From Nanobdellati archaeon (GTDB lineage Archaea > EX4484-52 > GLR71): a DNA stretch of 64,000 nt. The translations under genes were made by a program, and so were the position numbers. Positions 30,397 to 39,068 of the stretch are shown piece after piece. Every line of letters begins with the position of its first letter. Position 1 is the first letter of the stretch. Under the pieces are notes generated by a model. It had not been told where the DNA came from. It did not search any database and saw only the letters and a program-made list of their open reading frames with translations. The stretch lies in the NCBI GenBank assembly GCA_019429125.1, contig JAHYJO010000001.1, positions 64,001 through 128,000 of the forward strand, read 5' to 3'.

Positions 30397-30547
30397 CTTT
30401 TTTCAAAAGATATATAAACTTGTATTGCTATTATTATGTGTGGAACGGTTTTATTTAAACGTTTCATCGGTTATTTTATTGTTCAATAAGGTCATTTTGA
30501 CTTTTTTTTCGATTTATGTTTTTAATTGATAATTATAGGTGATTTAA

Positions 30548-30988
30548 ATTAGTGAATTAAATGTAGACAAGCTTGTAAGTGAAGGTTGGATTAATGCGTG
30601 GCTTGTGTTTGATACTCAGGCTGTTGATAAAACTGTTCTAAAAGGACTTTTATCTGGTCTTTTGAATAAGATGAAACTTATTAAAGATGTAAAATTTATT
30701 AGTGATTCTCTAACTGAGCCTGAACCAATTGAACCTTCCGAACAGTTTACTAAAAAAGGTATAACTAAAGTCTTCAGTCAGGTGCTTGAGGTTGAGATTC
30801 TTGCAAAAGATTTTGAGACTTTATTGTATTTTGTCATAACATTCGGACCTACAACACTTGATGTTCTTGCTCCGAAATCTATAAAGTTTGATATGCGCCA
30901 GATGCAGAATACGCTTATACTTGTTTCTGAACTGATGCATAGTTATGCGGCGGCCGGTGCTGGTGGCATGGTACTTACAAAAGTATGA
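30548..30988 (+). CDS. conserved-type small hypothetical protein (probable ATT start)
   Basis: Frame is open from ATT 30548 (5 nt after GGTGA SD, preceded by in-frame TAA); the ORF track starts at 30605. Confidence 0.65.
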   Translation: MSELNVDKLVSEGWINAWLVFDTQAVDKTVLKGLLSGLLNKMKLIKDVKFISDSLTEPEPIEPSEQFTKKGITKVFSQVLEVEILAKDFETLLYFVITFGPTTLDVLAPKSIKFDMRQMQNTLILVSELMHSYAAAGAGGMVLTKV

Positions 30989-30997
30989 TTGGTTTAG

Positions 30998-31921
30998 ATG
31001 TTTAAAAATAAATATTATGGGATATGTGTATCTTTTCTTTTACTCTTATTAATATCTGTTCCTGTGTCTGCTTCGCAGATAAGAAATCATGATATTGTTA
31101 TTGCAATTGATGATTTTGGGGTTGCTAAGACCTCTGTTATTGTGGATTATGAATCTTTGACTACTGACGAGATTTATTATTTTGTGTTTGCACAGATTGA
31201 TTCTTTTGGTGCACGGGATGATTATGGGATGCTGTTGTGTAATACTAATAGGTATTCATATGGGACTCAGATAACGTGTAAGCCAAACATTGTTGAAACT
31301 GTAAATTATACTGTATATCTTGATTTTAATATGGTCGGGTTGCAGTCTGTTTCTGCTGATGGTTTCTTTTTCTCTTATGATTATGGTATGAAAATTCCAA
31401 CAAATAATTTTAGCATATCATTTGTGCTTCCTACTGGTACTGCTATGGTCAAGCAGAATTCAGGTATTGCTCCATATTTTCCTGAAGGCGCAGTTATTGG
31501 TAGCACTGATGATGGCAGGCATATTACTGTTACTTGGAGTGTGGATGAACCTGAATTAGGTAGTGATTATTCTTATAAGGTTTTTTATGAGAAAGTTGTG
31601 GAGATTTATGCAAATCGTTGGTTTTATCCTGTTGTTGCATTTTTGAGTATTTTGCTTGTATTATTGTCGTTTATGTTGTTTAAGTTTAAGAAAGCAAGAA
31701 AGATAAAGACTGTTCTTTCTGTTTTGCATGATAGTGAGCGTAAGGTCATTGAGATTCTTATGGCAAATGAAGGTAAGTGCGACCAAAGGCAACTTGTTAA
31801 AGAAACTGGGTTTTCAAAGGCAAAGATGAGTAGGATGATGCTTGACCTTGAGGAGCGGGGTCTGATTACTAAGACTCGCCGTGGCAGGACTAATATTATT
31901 GAGCTTGTTGAGAAAAAGTAA
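30998..31921 (+). CDS. second membrane-associated wHTH regulator (COG2512-like), paralog of 27784
   Basis: Same architecture; DQRQLVKETGFSKAKMSRMMLDLEERGLI. Confidence 0.85.
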   Translation: MFKNKYYGICVSFLLLLLISVPVSASQIRNHDIVIAIDDFGVAKTSVIVDYESLTTDEIYYFVFAQIDSFGARDDYGMLLCNTNRYSYGTQITCKPNIVETVNYTVYLDFNMVGLQSVSADGFFFSYDYGMKIPTNNFSISFVLPTGTAMVKQNSGIAPYFPEGAVIGSTDDGRHITVTWSVDEPELGSDYSYKVFYEKVVEIYANRWFYPVVAFLSILLVLLSFMLFKFKKARKIKTVLSVLHDSERKVIEILMANEGKCDQRQLVKETGFSKAKMSRMMLDLEERGLITKTRRGRTNIIELVEKK

Positions 31922-31970
31922 AGATTGAGTTTTTAAGTTTAGAGTTTTTGGTGGTATTTTTATTTATAAT

Positions 31971-32254
31971 GTCACCTTTTGTCACCTTGATTATATAATA
32001 GCGTCCTCTTCCTGTTATGGGATCCAGTTGAGTAATTAGATTCATTTTAGTTTTTGGACAAATGCATGTTCTGTCTTTTGTGGATTGTTTAGGCCTATTG
32101 GGTTCTTATTGTCATCAACACCTATGATTATCTTTCCCCCTCTGGAATTATAGAATGAGGTTACTAATTGTGCTACTTTTTTTGGGTTTGATAATATCTC
32201 TTTGAACTCTATGTCACTGTTTTCTTCTTGATTTAATAGTTGTTTAAAGTCCAT
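31971..32254 (-). pseudogene. internally deleted Schlafen/AlbA_2-domain gene
   Basis: 70-aa N-terminus (EENSDIEFKE, FYNSRGGKIIIGVDD), then out-of-frame C-terminal-type tail ITGRGRYYIIKVTKGD. Confidence 0.75.
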
Positions 32255-32275
32255 GTGTCTATATTGTTTCTTGTG

Positions 32276-32321
32276 CTTGCATATAATTGGGTTACAACTG
32301 GGGTGGTGATTTTAGGGAGTT
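32276..32321 (-). repeat. divergent copy of the ~58-bp cassette-boundary repeat
   Basis: GCTTGCATATAATTGGGTTACAACTGGGGTGGTGATTTTAGGGAGTT aligns with the 37716 repeat with one gap. Confidence 0.65.
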
Positions 32322-32352
32322 AGAAAAATATTAGAAAAAGAAAAAAGAGGTT

Positions 32353-32766
32353 TTATTTCTTTTTTACTGCCTTAGTGACTTTAGGAAGTGCTATGACGGG
32401 GGGTATTCCTGCCATTTCTGAAAGCATTAGTGCCTTTAGTCCTGCAGTCTTGAAAAGATGGTTTATGATTTCTATGTGTTCTGTCTCTGGCAGTTTTTTG
32501 TTCTTTGTCCATTCGTCCATTATTTTTTTGTTGTCTTCGCCTGTGTATATGATTGTACCTTCTATGTCAAGTTTTGCAACTTCTGGTTCAAATGTACTTT
32601 TGAAACTGAACTTTATGTTTAATATGTCGCTTTTTGTGCCAAATGCGTTGATGTTTCCTTCTTTTACATCTTCAATCTTTGGTACTGTGTTGATTGAAAG
32701 CTTCTGGTTTGTGTTTCCAGTTTTGTTAACATTTAATTTATTGTAGTTTATGCTGATTACACCCAT
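32353..32766 (-). CDS. conserved archaeal hypothetical protein (possibly SecB-like fold)
   Basis: 137 aa, GGTGA SD; pattern F.F.S.FEP....IEG...Y...W...K.LP. Confidence 0.7.
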   Translation of the reverse strand: MGVISINYNKLNVNKTGNTNQKLSINTVPKIEDVKEGNINAFGTKSDILNIKFSFKSTFEPEVAKLDIEGTIIYTGEDNKKIMDEWTKNKKLPETEHIEIINHLFKTAGLKALMLSEMAGIPPVIALPKVTKAVKKK

Positions 32767-33001
32767 GTTATATCACCTATATTTATTTTTGGGATTAAGA
32801 TTTATAAGGGTTTTGATTATTATTTTGTCTTTTTTGGGTTTGTTGGTATTAGGATAGCAGGTTGTTTATAAATAGACTAGGATTGGAATCCCGAAAGCTT
32901 TATAATGTGTGTTTGAAAGTTGTAATCTCTATCGGTAGCTTTTGGCTAAAACCTAACGATGTATCAGAAGGTTTATATGGTTTTTGAGTGTATTATTTAG
33001 T

Positions 33002-34309
33002 ATGAACTCAATTGAGATACTTGAAATATTGAATGATTGGAACTTTTGGAAAAAGAAGCAATTTGTGGGTGTTCGGCGGTCAGACGTTTTTGATAAAATA
33101 AAAAAACTTATAGAACTTGATGAGATTATCGTGATTAGTGGTGCTCGTCGTACTGGTAAATCAACTGTACTTATGCAGATTTGTGAGGATTTGATAGTTA
33201 ATGGTGTTGATTCTTGTGATATTCTTATAATTAATTTTGAGGATCCTCGTTTTAAAAGTATTAATCTTGAATTACTTAATAAAATATATGATGTTTATTT
33301 AACTGATGTATCTGTTGGTTCTGGAAAACAGTATGTTGTTCTTGATGAGGTTCAAATTGTTTCGGGGTGGGAAAAATTTGCTCGTTTTTTGCATGAGAAT
33401 AAAAAAGTGAAGGTATTTGTTATAGGTTCAAGTTCAAAGCTTTTGAGTTCTGAATATTCAACAGTTCTTTCTGGGCGTTATGTTGATATTGTTATGTATC
33501 CTTTATTTTTTAAGGAGTTTGTTGAATTTAATGGTGTGGATATAAAAAATAATTTGGATCTTGTGTCTAAACGCCATGCTGTCAAAAAATTATTTTTACA
33601 ATATATGGAATCTGGGGGTTTTCCGAAAACTGTACTTATTGATGATGCTGATAATCGAAAAGTCTTGCTTAATTCTTATTTTCAGAGTATATTGATGAAA
33701 GATATTGTTATGAGGTATAATATTAACGATGTTTTTAAACTTGAAGAATTGACTAAGTATTATTTGTCAAATATATCCTCTTTGCATTCTTTTAATAAAA
33801 TTAAAAATATTATTGGTGGGAGTATTGACACTGTTGAACGGTATTCATCATATCTTCGTAATGCTTATATGTTATTTTTTGTTCGTAAATTTTCATATAC
33901 TCTTAAAGATCAAATATTGAATCCTCGAAAGGTATATTGTATTGATATGGGTCTTAGAAATTCAGTATCTTTTTATTTTTCAAAGGATTATGGGAAGATT
34001 ATAGAAAATATAGTGTATCTTAAGTTACTTGAAAATAAAGGTTTTGATATTTATTATTGGAAAGATTCTAAGCAGCGCGAAGTTGATTTTTTAGTTAAAG
34101 AGAAAGATAGGATTTGTCAAGCCATACAGGTGTGTTGGGATGTTAGTAATCCTGTCACTAAAAAAATAGAGGTTGATGCACTTTTGTCGGCTCTTTCAAC
34201 ATTTGGTCTTAAAGAAGGTCTTGTTCTTACTGAAGATTATGATGAAGTAGTTGTGATTGATGAGAAAAGAATAACATTTATGTCTGTTTGGAAATGGTTG
34301 TTTTTGTGA
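33002..34309 (+). CDS. AAA_14/DUF4143 ATPase (COG1373-like)
   Basis: GARRTGKS, INFED, LDEVQ, GGFP, KVYCIDMG, YYWK...EVDF, QVCW. Confidence 0.9.
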   Translation: MNSIEILEILNDWNFWKKKQFVGVRRSDVFDKIKKLIELDEIIVISGARRTGKSTVLMQICEDLIVNGVDSCDILIINFEDPRFKSINLELLNKIYDVYLTDVSVGSGKQYVVLDEVQIVSGWEKFARFLHENKKVKVFVIGSSSKLLSSEYSTVLSGRYVDIVMYPLFFKEFVEFNGVDIKNNLDLVSKRHAVKKLFLQYMESGGFPKTVLIDDADNRKVLLNSYFQSILMKDIVMRYNINDVFKLEELTKYYLSNISSLHSFNKIKNIIGGSIDTVERYSSYLRNAYMLFFVRKFSYTLKDQILNPRKVYCIDMGLRNSVSFYFSKDYGKIIENIVYLKLLENKGFDIYYWKDSKQREVDFLVKEKDRICQAIQVCWDVSNPVTKKIEVDALLSALSTFGLKEGLVLTEDYDEVVVIDEKRITFMSVWKWLFL

Positions 34310-34643
34310 GGAGTTATAATTTATATTGGTAACTGTAGGTATTTATGTTTTTAGTTGTTAATTTTTGATAAAAAAGAGCAGTGTTTTTTTAAAGCGTTGT
34401 TTTCTATCTTTATTTTAAAAAAAAGGCTAATATAGTTTTTTTGAACAATTATGTGTCCATTTGAATCTTTGTTTTATTTTTTAAGGGTGTATTATAGGTG
34501 TTATTTAGGTAAGTGGAACTGTTTTCAGACAACCTTATATATACTGGCAGATAATATGTAGTTAATCGGTTCTGTGAGATGTATCAATATTCTCTATAGG
34601 ACGTAGGTTTTTTATTGAACAAATAAAAACTTGGTGAATAAAT

Positions 34644-36791
34644 ATGCAATTAAGAAAAATCGGAACAGCACTTGTTGGTGCTGTATTGACGAGCGCAACT
34701 CTAATGGGTGGCGCTTTGGCTGCTGATTTGGGAACTTTCCCTGCACCATTCGCAACTGATAATGGAATTCAATCCACTATTGTTGTCGGATCAAGTGGAT
34801 CAGTACAAGATGTTATAGGCGCAATAAACATTGGCGCAGCTCTAGCACAGGTTGGCGGTACAGTCGCTGGCGGTGTAGGTGCAACTACAACAGCTACAGG
34901 AGTAAAGACAGATGATTTAAAACTTAATGAAGCTGTAAATGTTTTAGGTACAACTCTTAAAGGCAATAAAATCGCAGGTCTTATTGATACAAAAATAACT
35001 TTTGATGATGGAACAAAATCAAGAAATTATGATGTTCATGAAGAGATAGGTCTAACACCAACTCTTAAGGTTCTTTCCAGTGTTGATGATGCTGATTTTG
35101 GAGCAGAGATTGTACTTGCAACTATAAATAAACCAGCTGTAACATACACATATGTTTTTGAAAAGGATTCAAACATGGATATTTCTAAAATAACAGCTAC
35201 AAATCCACTTGAAGTTACAATACTTGGTAAGAGACTTAAAATAACTAACGTTGATAATGCATCTAATTCAATAACAGTACAAGAAGGTATGGAAGTTGCA
35301 ATGGGTATGGATACTAAAGTAGAAATTGATGGCAAAGTGCTTGAAGTTACTGCAATAGGTCAGGGTACTGCTGCATTCAAAGTTGGTGTACATACGGCAT
35401 TTATTAACTATAATTCCGAGTCTCCTGTAACTAAAGAAATTGGAACATCCGGTATTAAAGTAACACTTGATAACCTTCTTTATACAGATGATGCAGGTTC
35501 AAGACAGGTTCTTGTAACTGCTGGAACATCAACAACTGATACAATAACTGATGGTGATCCAATGACTATGTTTGGTGAAGTTGATGATTCAACTGATGCT
35601 GTATGGCTTTGGTCTATAGAGGCTTCAGAGACTCCTGGTGAGGAGCTCAGAATTGGTGCTAAACATAACCAGAAATATGATGAACTTGATGAAGATGTAA
35701 TAACTCTTGGCAACAAACTATCATTCCCTAATGACTATGCTGCTATATCTCTTGATGCATTAACTGTTTCCGATTTTGGTAGATATGAACTATATTTTGA
35801 AACGGTTGACTTTACTGTTGGTCCAGATGAACAATCTATTACTACAATTGAAAATGTAAATGTTATAACTTTGCGTGCAATTGATGGAAACGATGATGGA
35901 TTTAAAGTCAGTGTACCAGGTAGTATTGATGAAGATGCAGATATTGTTTATATCGGTTTGAAGGATACTACTAATGGTGGTCTTATATATGGGTTTAAAA
36001 ACTCAAATAATAAGAACCAGATTGCATCATACGGTGAGGAATCTGCTGCTGAGTTTAACTTGACTTTTGAAGATACAGTTATGGCTGTTGCAGGTGATAA
36101 TGAAACAAATCAGGTTACTATTACTGATGCAAACAATGACATAATAGCTCTTAATGTAAGTGCTACATGGAATTCATTACAAAAGAAAACTGATGCAGAG
36201 GCTGATGATGTTGTTATTGCAACTAAATCTAAGGGTACAGAAGAAAATGATGTAAGAATGACTTACGGAACTCTTATTTTGGCACCTAAAGCAAATGCAG
36301 AGAAGGATAAAGTAATCTTCGAAGTACCTGCTGAAGTTCTTAAAGTAACTGTAACTGTTAGTGGACCTGGTTCATCTGTAACTACTGTTGCTGGTGTTGC
36401 TGGTGGATACACTCCTGCTGCACTTCCTGCTACAGGTATTGCAAAGCTTGACAGTGATGCTGAAGCTGCAAAGACTGGTAACTTAATCCTAGTTGGTGGT
36501 CCTGCTGTAAACAGTATTGTTGCTGAACTTGCTGCTGCTGGTAAGACTCGAACTACTGCTCAGTGGAGAACTGAAACTGATGGTGTAAGAGATTATAAAG
36601 ACAGTGCTCTTATACAGGCAGTTGACAGTGCATTCACAAACGGTAAAACAGCTCTTGTAGTTGCTGGTTATGGTGCTGATGACACAGGTAACGCTGCATA
36701 CGTTCTACAGAACTATGCTAAGTTCGCTGATCAGCTTGCTGGTAAGTCTGAAGTAACTGTTACAGGTACAACAACTGATGCTGTACAGTAA
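34644..36791 (+). CDS. S-layer protein (S-layer_N/S-layer_C type)
   Basis: MQLRKIG signal, DLGTFPAPF, IVVG...QDVIGA, LILVGGPAVN, VVAGYGADDT; GGTGA SD; strong codon bias. Confidence 0.9.
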   Translation: MQLRKIGTALVGAVLTSATLMGGALAADLGTFPAPFATDNGIQSTIVVGSSGSVQDVIGAINIGAALAQVGGTVAGGVGATTTATGVKTDDLKLNEAVNVLGTTLKGNKIAGLIDTKITFDDGTKSRNYDVHEEIGLTPTLKVLSSVDDADFGAEIVLATINKPAVTYTYVFEKDSNMDISKITATNPLEVTILGKRLKITNVDNASNSITVQEGMEVAMGMDTKVEIDGKVLEVTAIGQGTAAFKVGVHTAFINYNSESPVTKEIGTSGIKVTLDNLLYTDDAGSRQVLVTAGTSTTDTITDGDPMTMFGEVDDSTDAVWLWSIEASETPGEELRIGAKHNQKYDELDEDVITLGNKLSFPNDYAAISLDALTVSDFGRYELYFETVDFTVGPDEQSITTIENVNVITLRAIDGNDDGFKVSVPGSIDEDADIVYIGLKDTTNGGLIYGFKNSNNKNQIASYGEESAAEFNLTFEDTVMAVAGDNETNQVTITDANNDIIALNVSATWNSLQKKTDAEADDVVIATKSKGTEENDVRMTYGTLILAPKANAEKDKVIFEVPAEVLKVTVTVSGPGSSVTTVAGVAGGYTPAALPATGIAKLDSDAEAAKTGNLILVGGPAVNSIVAELAAAGKTRTTAQWRTETDGVRDYKDSALIQAVDSAFTNGKTALVVAGYGADDTGNAAYVLQNYAKFADQLAGKSEVTVTGTTTDAVQ

Positions 36792-36802
36792 ATTGTTTGA
36801 AT

Positions 36803-36838
36803 GAGGAGCTTTATGCTCCTCTTTTTCTTTTCTTTTTT
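36803..36838 (+). terminator. hairpin + T-tract terminator of the S-layer gene
   Basis: GAGGAGC-TTTAT-GCTCCTC followed by a T-rich run. Confidence 0.75.
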
Positions 36839-36884
36839 AATGTTGATTATTTGTTCTTGAAAATTTTATTTTTTGTGTGGTATG

Positions 36885-37246
36885 AGTATTTTTATAAGTA
36901 TTAGGATTCCTTATTCTCTAAAAAATGTGGATATTTATGATTACATCGACTAAAATATTGATTGCTGAATAAGTATCAACAGATTTAGCTTTAAGAAATT
37001 CCGCAGATAGATTCTTTGATTTTATTGATTCAATTAAACAAGATAATATAATTATTGATTTTAAAACGGTTGAATTTATATCTCAATCGTTTGCACATCA
37101 GTATTATTTAAGAAAAAAAGTTCTAAAAAAATAATTAATGAAATAAATATGTCATTAAATATAAAAAAATGTTTAAAATTGTTTCAGAACAAAAACAAAA
37201 AAAGCAAGTAATTACTATGAATGCATCTGATGCGATAAGTATTTGA
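36885..37246 (+). pseudogene. decayed STAS-like (DUF4325-like) gene preceded by the 3' remnant of a partner gene
   Basis: ATG 36937 MITSTKILIAE*VSTDLALRNSADRFF...IIDFKTVEFISQSFAHQY with a stop and frameshifts; overlapping upstream remnant FISIRIPY...IYDYID*. Confidence 0.65.
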
Positions 37247-37313
37247 GAAAGTTAGTTGGTTTTTTAGTGATTGGTGTTGTAGTAATTAATTATATTATAC
37301 TTTTGTATATTTT

Positions 37314-37371
37314 ATTTTTCCAATATGTCTGCATATAATTTAATGATTACTTTTTGTGATGTGTCTATGAT
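37314..37371 (-). repeat. divergent copy of the ~58-bp cassette-boundary repeat
   Basis: 41/58 ungapped identity with the 37716 copy (by manual alignment); overlaps the stop codon of the 37365 ORF. Confidence 0.7.
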
Positions 37372-37709
37372 GTTTTTTCAATAACTTCCCAATGTCCACC
37401 TTTATCAGGACCTATGCGTTTAAGCCGACCTTTTTCTTTTAGCTTCTTGATGTTTTCTTTTATCTTTCTTTGAGAAATATCCATCAATTCAGATAATTCA
37501 TTTGCTGAAATACCAGCATCTTTAAGTATAAATTTTATAATATTCTTTTGATTTTTGGTTAATTTTTCTCCGACCTTTTCAGTGACCTTTTCTCCGACCT
37601 TACCATTCAATATTGAAAGATTTTTTCGTTTAAAAACAGCCACAAACGTACCAAATACATCTTTAAATTCAGTTTCGGGCTCTTTGAATGTTTTTGTTTC
37701 TAAATACAT
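37365..37709 (-). pseudogene. C-terminal wHTH fragment of an AlbA/HATPase- or Fic-type protein
   Basis: KVGEKVTEKVGEK linker plus wHTH ending RIGPDKGGHWEV; N-terminal domains absent. Confidence 0.7.
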
Positions 37710-37715
37710 AATTGG

Positions 37716-37773
37716 GTTTGTTCAACTTGCCTGTATATAATTTAGTGACCACTTTTGGTGGTGTATTTAGGGA
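37716..37773 (-). repeat. 58-bp direct repeat copy 1
   Basis: GTTTGTTCAACTTGCCTGTATATAATTTAGTGACCACTTTTGGTGGTGTATTTAGGGA, identical to 38968-39025. Confidence 0.95.
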
Positions 37774-37801
37774 GTTTTACTTAGTTATGTATTTTTTGAG
37801 A

Positions 37802-38317
37802 CTAAATTTTGCTATTAATTATTTCTTTGACTTTTGATACAAACATTACTGTATTGATTCTTAATTGTTCTATCTCATCATTATCAAATAGTATGTTTGC
37901 GGAATATGATGCAAGTTCTCGTTTGTTTTTTGAGTCTACATAGAATAAGATGTCTTTATAATTAAGAAAAAGTGAGATTAATTCTATATCGTTTCTTGTT
38001 AATTCTTTACTGTAAAATTCTTTAATTAGGATACAGAGTGTTGCAAGGTGACTTTTTGAAGAATAGCCTTTACTTAATATTAATGCCAATGCAGCATGGT
38101 AACAGGCATAATAACATCCGGTTATTGCCCAGTCTGGATAATTCAACTGTATTGCATCTTTTATGAAATTGAGATTATGTTTGGCTTTTTGGAAATGACC
38201 TTTTATTTCTCCTTTTGATGATTCTTTTTTAATTATTTTTTTATGTATAAAATTTTCTATTCTTTTTTCAACTAAATGTGGATTATTAAGCATATTATTT
38301 AATTCGTAGATATTCAT
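37802..38317 (-). CDS. HEPN domain protein (toxin-like)
   Basis: KAKHNL...WAITGCYYACYHAALALI..KG....SH, RELASY. Confidence 0.88.
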   Translation of the reverse strand: MNIYELNNMLNNPHLVEKRIENFIHKKIIKKESSKGEIKGHFQKAKHNLNFIKDAIQLNYPDWAITGCYYACYHAALALILSKGYSSKSHLATLCILIKEFYSKELTRNDIELISLFLNYKDILFYVDSKNKRELASYSANILFDNDEIEQLRINTVMFVSKVKEIINSKI

Positions 38318-38909
38318 CGTAAATGCACGTATAATAGTATATATGGTTGGTTAACGGATAACCTGTCTCAATTGCAGATTGAATGACTGGTTCTTCTTTA
38401 ATTTTAATTTCTTTTTTGAATTTTGGAAGTGTGATCTGAAAATCATTTATTTTCATAGATGTTTGTGTCTCAACATAGTTTTTTGCATTTGTTGTATCTA
38501 TTTTTTTATTTGATATGAGCAAAATATCTATATCGGATTCTTTTGTATAATTATTTTTTGCAGTTGATCCGAAAAGGAACATGATTATCGGTTTTTCGTC
38601 TAAGGTGTCTATAAATATGTTAATTGCGTCTTTTCTGAGAGTATTTAATTGTTGCATTTTTTCTGTGTCAAAACAGGTAAATAATGCATATGTCTCTTTT
38701 GTTTTTTTTATTTTGTATCTTTTCATATTCCCTTCTTTTTCAGAACTTAAGATTCTTGAGAGTTCAAGTTTATTTAGGAATCTGTATGCACTGTTTTCAT
38801 TAAGTTCTGTTTTTCTGGCAAGTTCTCTAAGGTGAATACATTGATTCTTATTTTCATAGAAGAATCTAAGGATTCTTTCAATTCCCGGAGTTATAATATT
38901 GTTTAACAT
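38295..38909 (-). CDS. wHTH-MNT antitoxin-like protein
   Basis: HLRELAR HTH; FGSTAKNNYTKESDIDIL intact GSx10DxD. Confidence 0.9.
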   Translation of the reverse strand: MLNNIITPGIERILRFFYENKNQCIHLRELARKTELNENSAYRFLNKLELSRILSSEKEGNMKRYKIKKTKETYALFTCFDTEKMQQLNTLRKDAINIFIDTLDEKPIIMFLFGSTAKNNYTKESDIDILLISNKKIDTTNAKNYVETQTSMKINDFQITLPKFKKEIKIKEEPVIQSAIETGYPLTNHIYYYTCIYDEYLRIK

Positions 38910-38967
38910 ATTTCAACAATTGTTTAATTGTTTTAAACAGTTATATGTTTGTTGGTTATATCAATAT

Positions 38968-39025
38968 GTTTGTTCAACTTGCCTGTATATAATTTAGTGA
39001 CCACTTTTGGTGGTGTATTTAGGGA
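38968..39025 (-). repeat. 58-bp direct repeat copy 2
   Basis: Identical to 37716-37773. Confidence 0.95.
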
Positions 39026-39068
39026 AATGTCTTTTAATATTTAAAATTATACATACCTTATCTATTTT

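Noticed and set aside
32890-32965. BRE/TATA-like signal followed by a small hairpin (possible sRNA)
   Set aside because: The structure is weak and cannot be distinguished from an upstream promoter of the ATPase gene
37716-37773. Canonical integron attC
   Set aside because: Has GTTRRRY and the right size, but no complementary RYYYAAC and no paired L boxes; kept only as a non-canonical site
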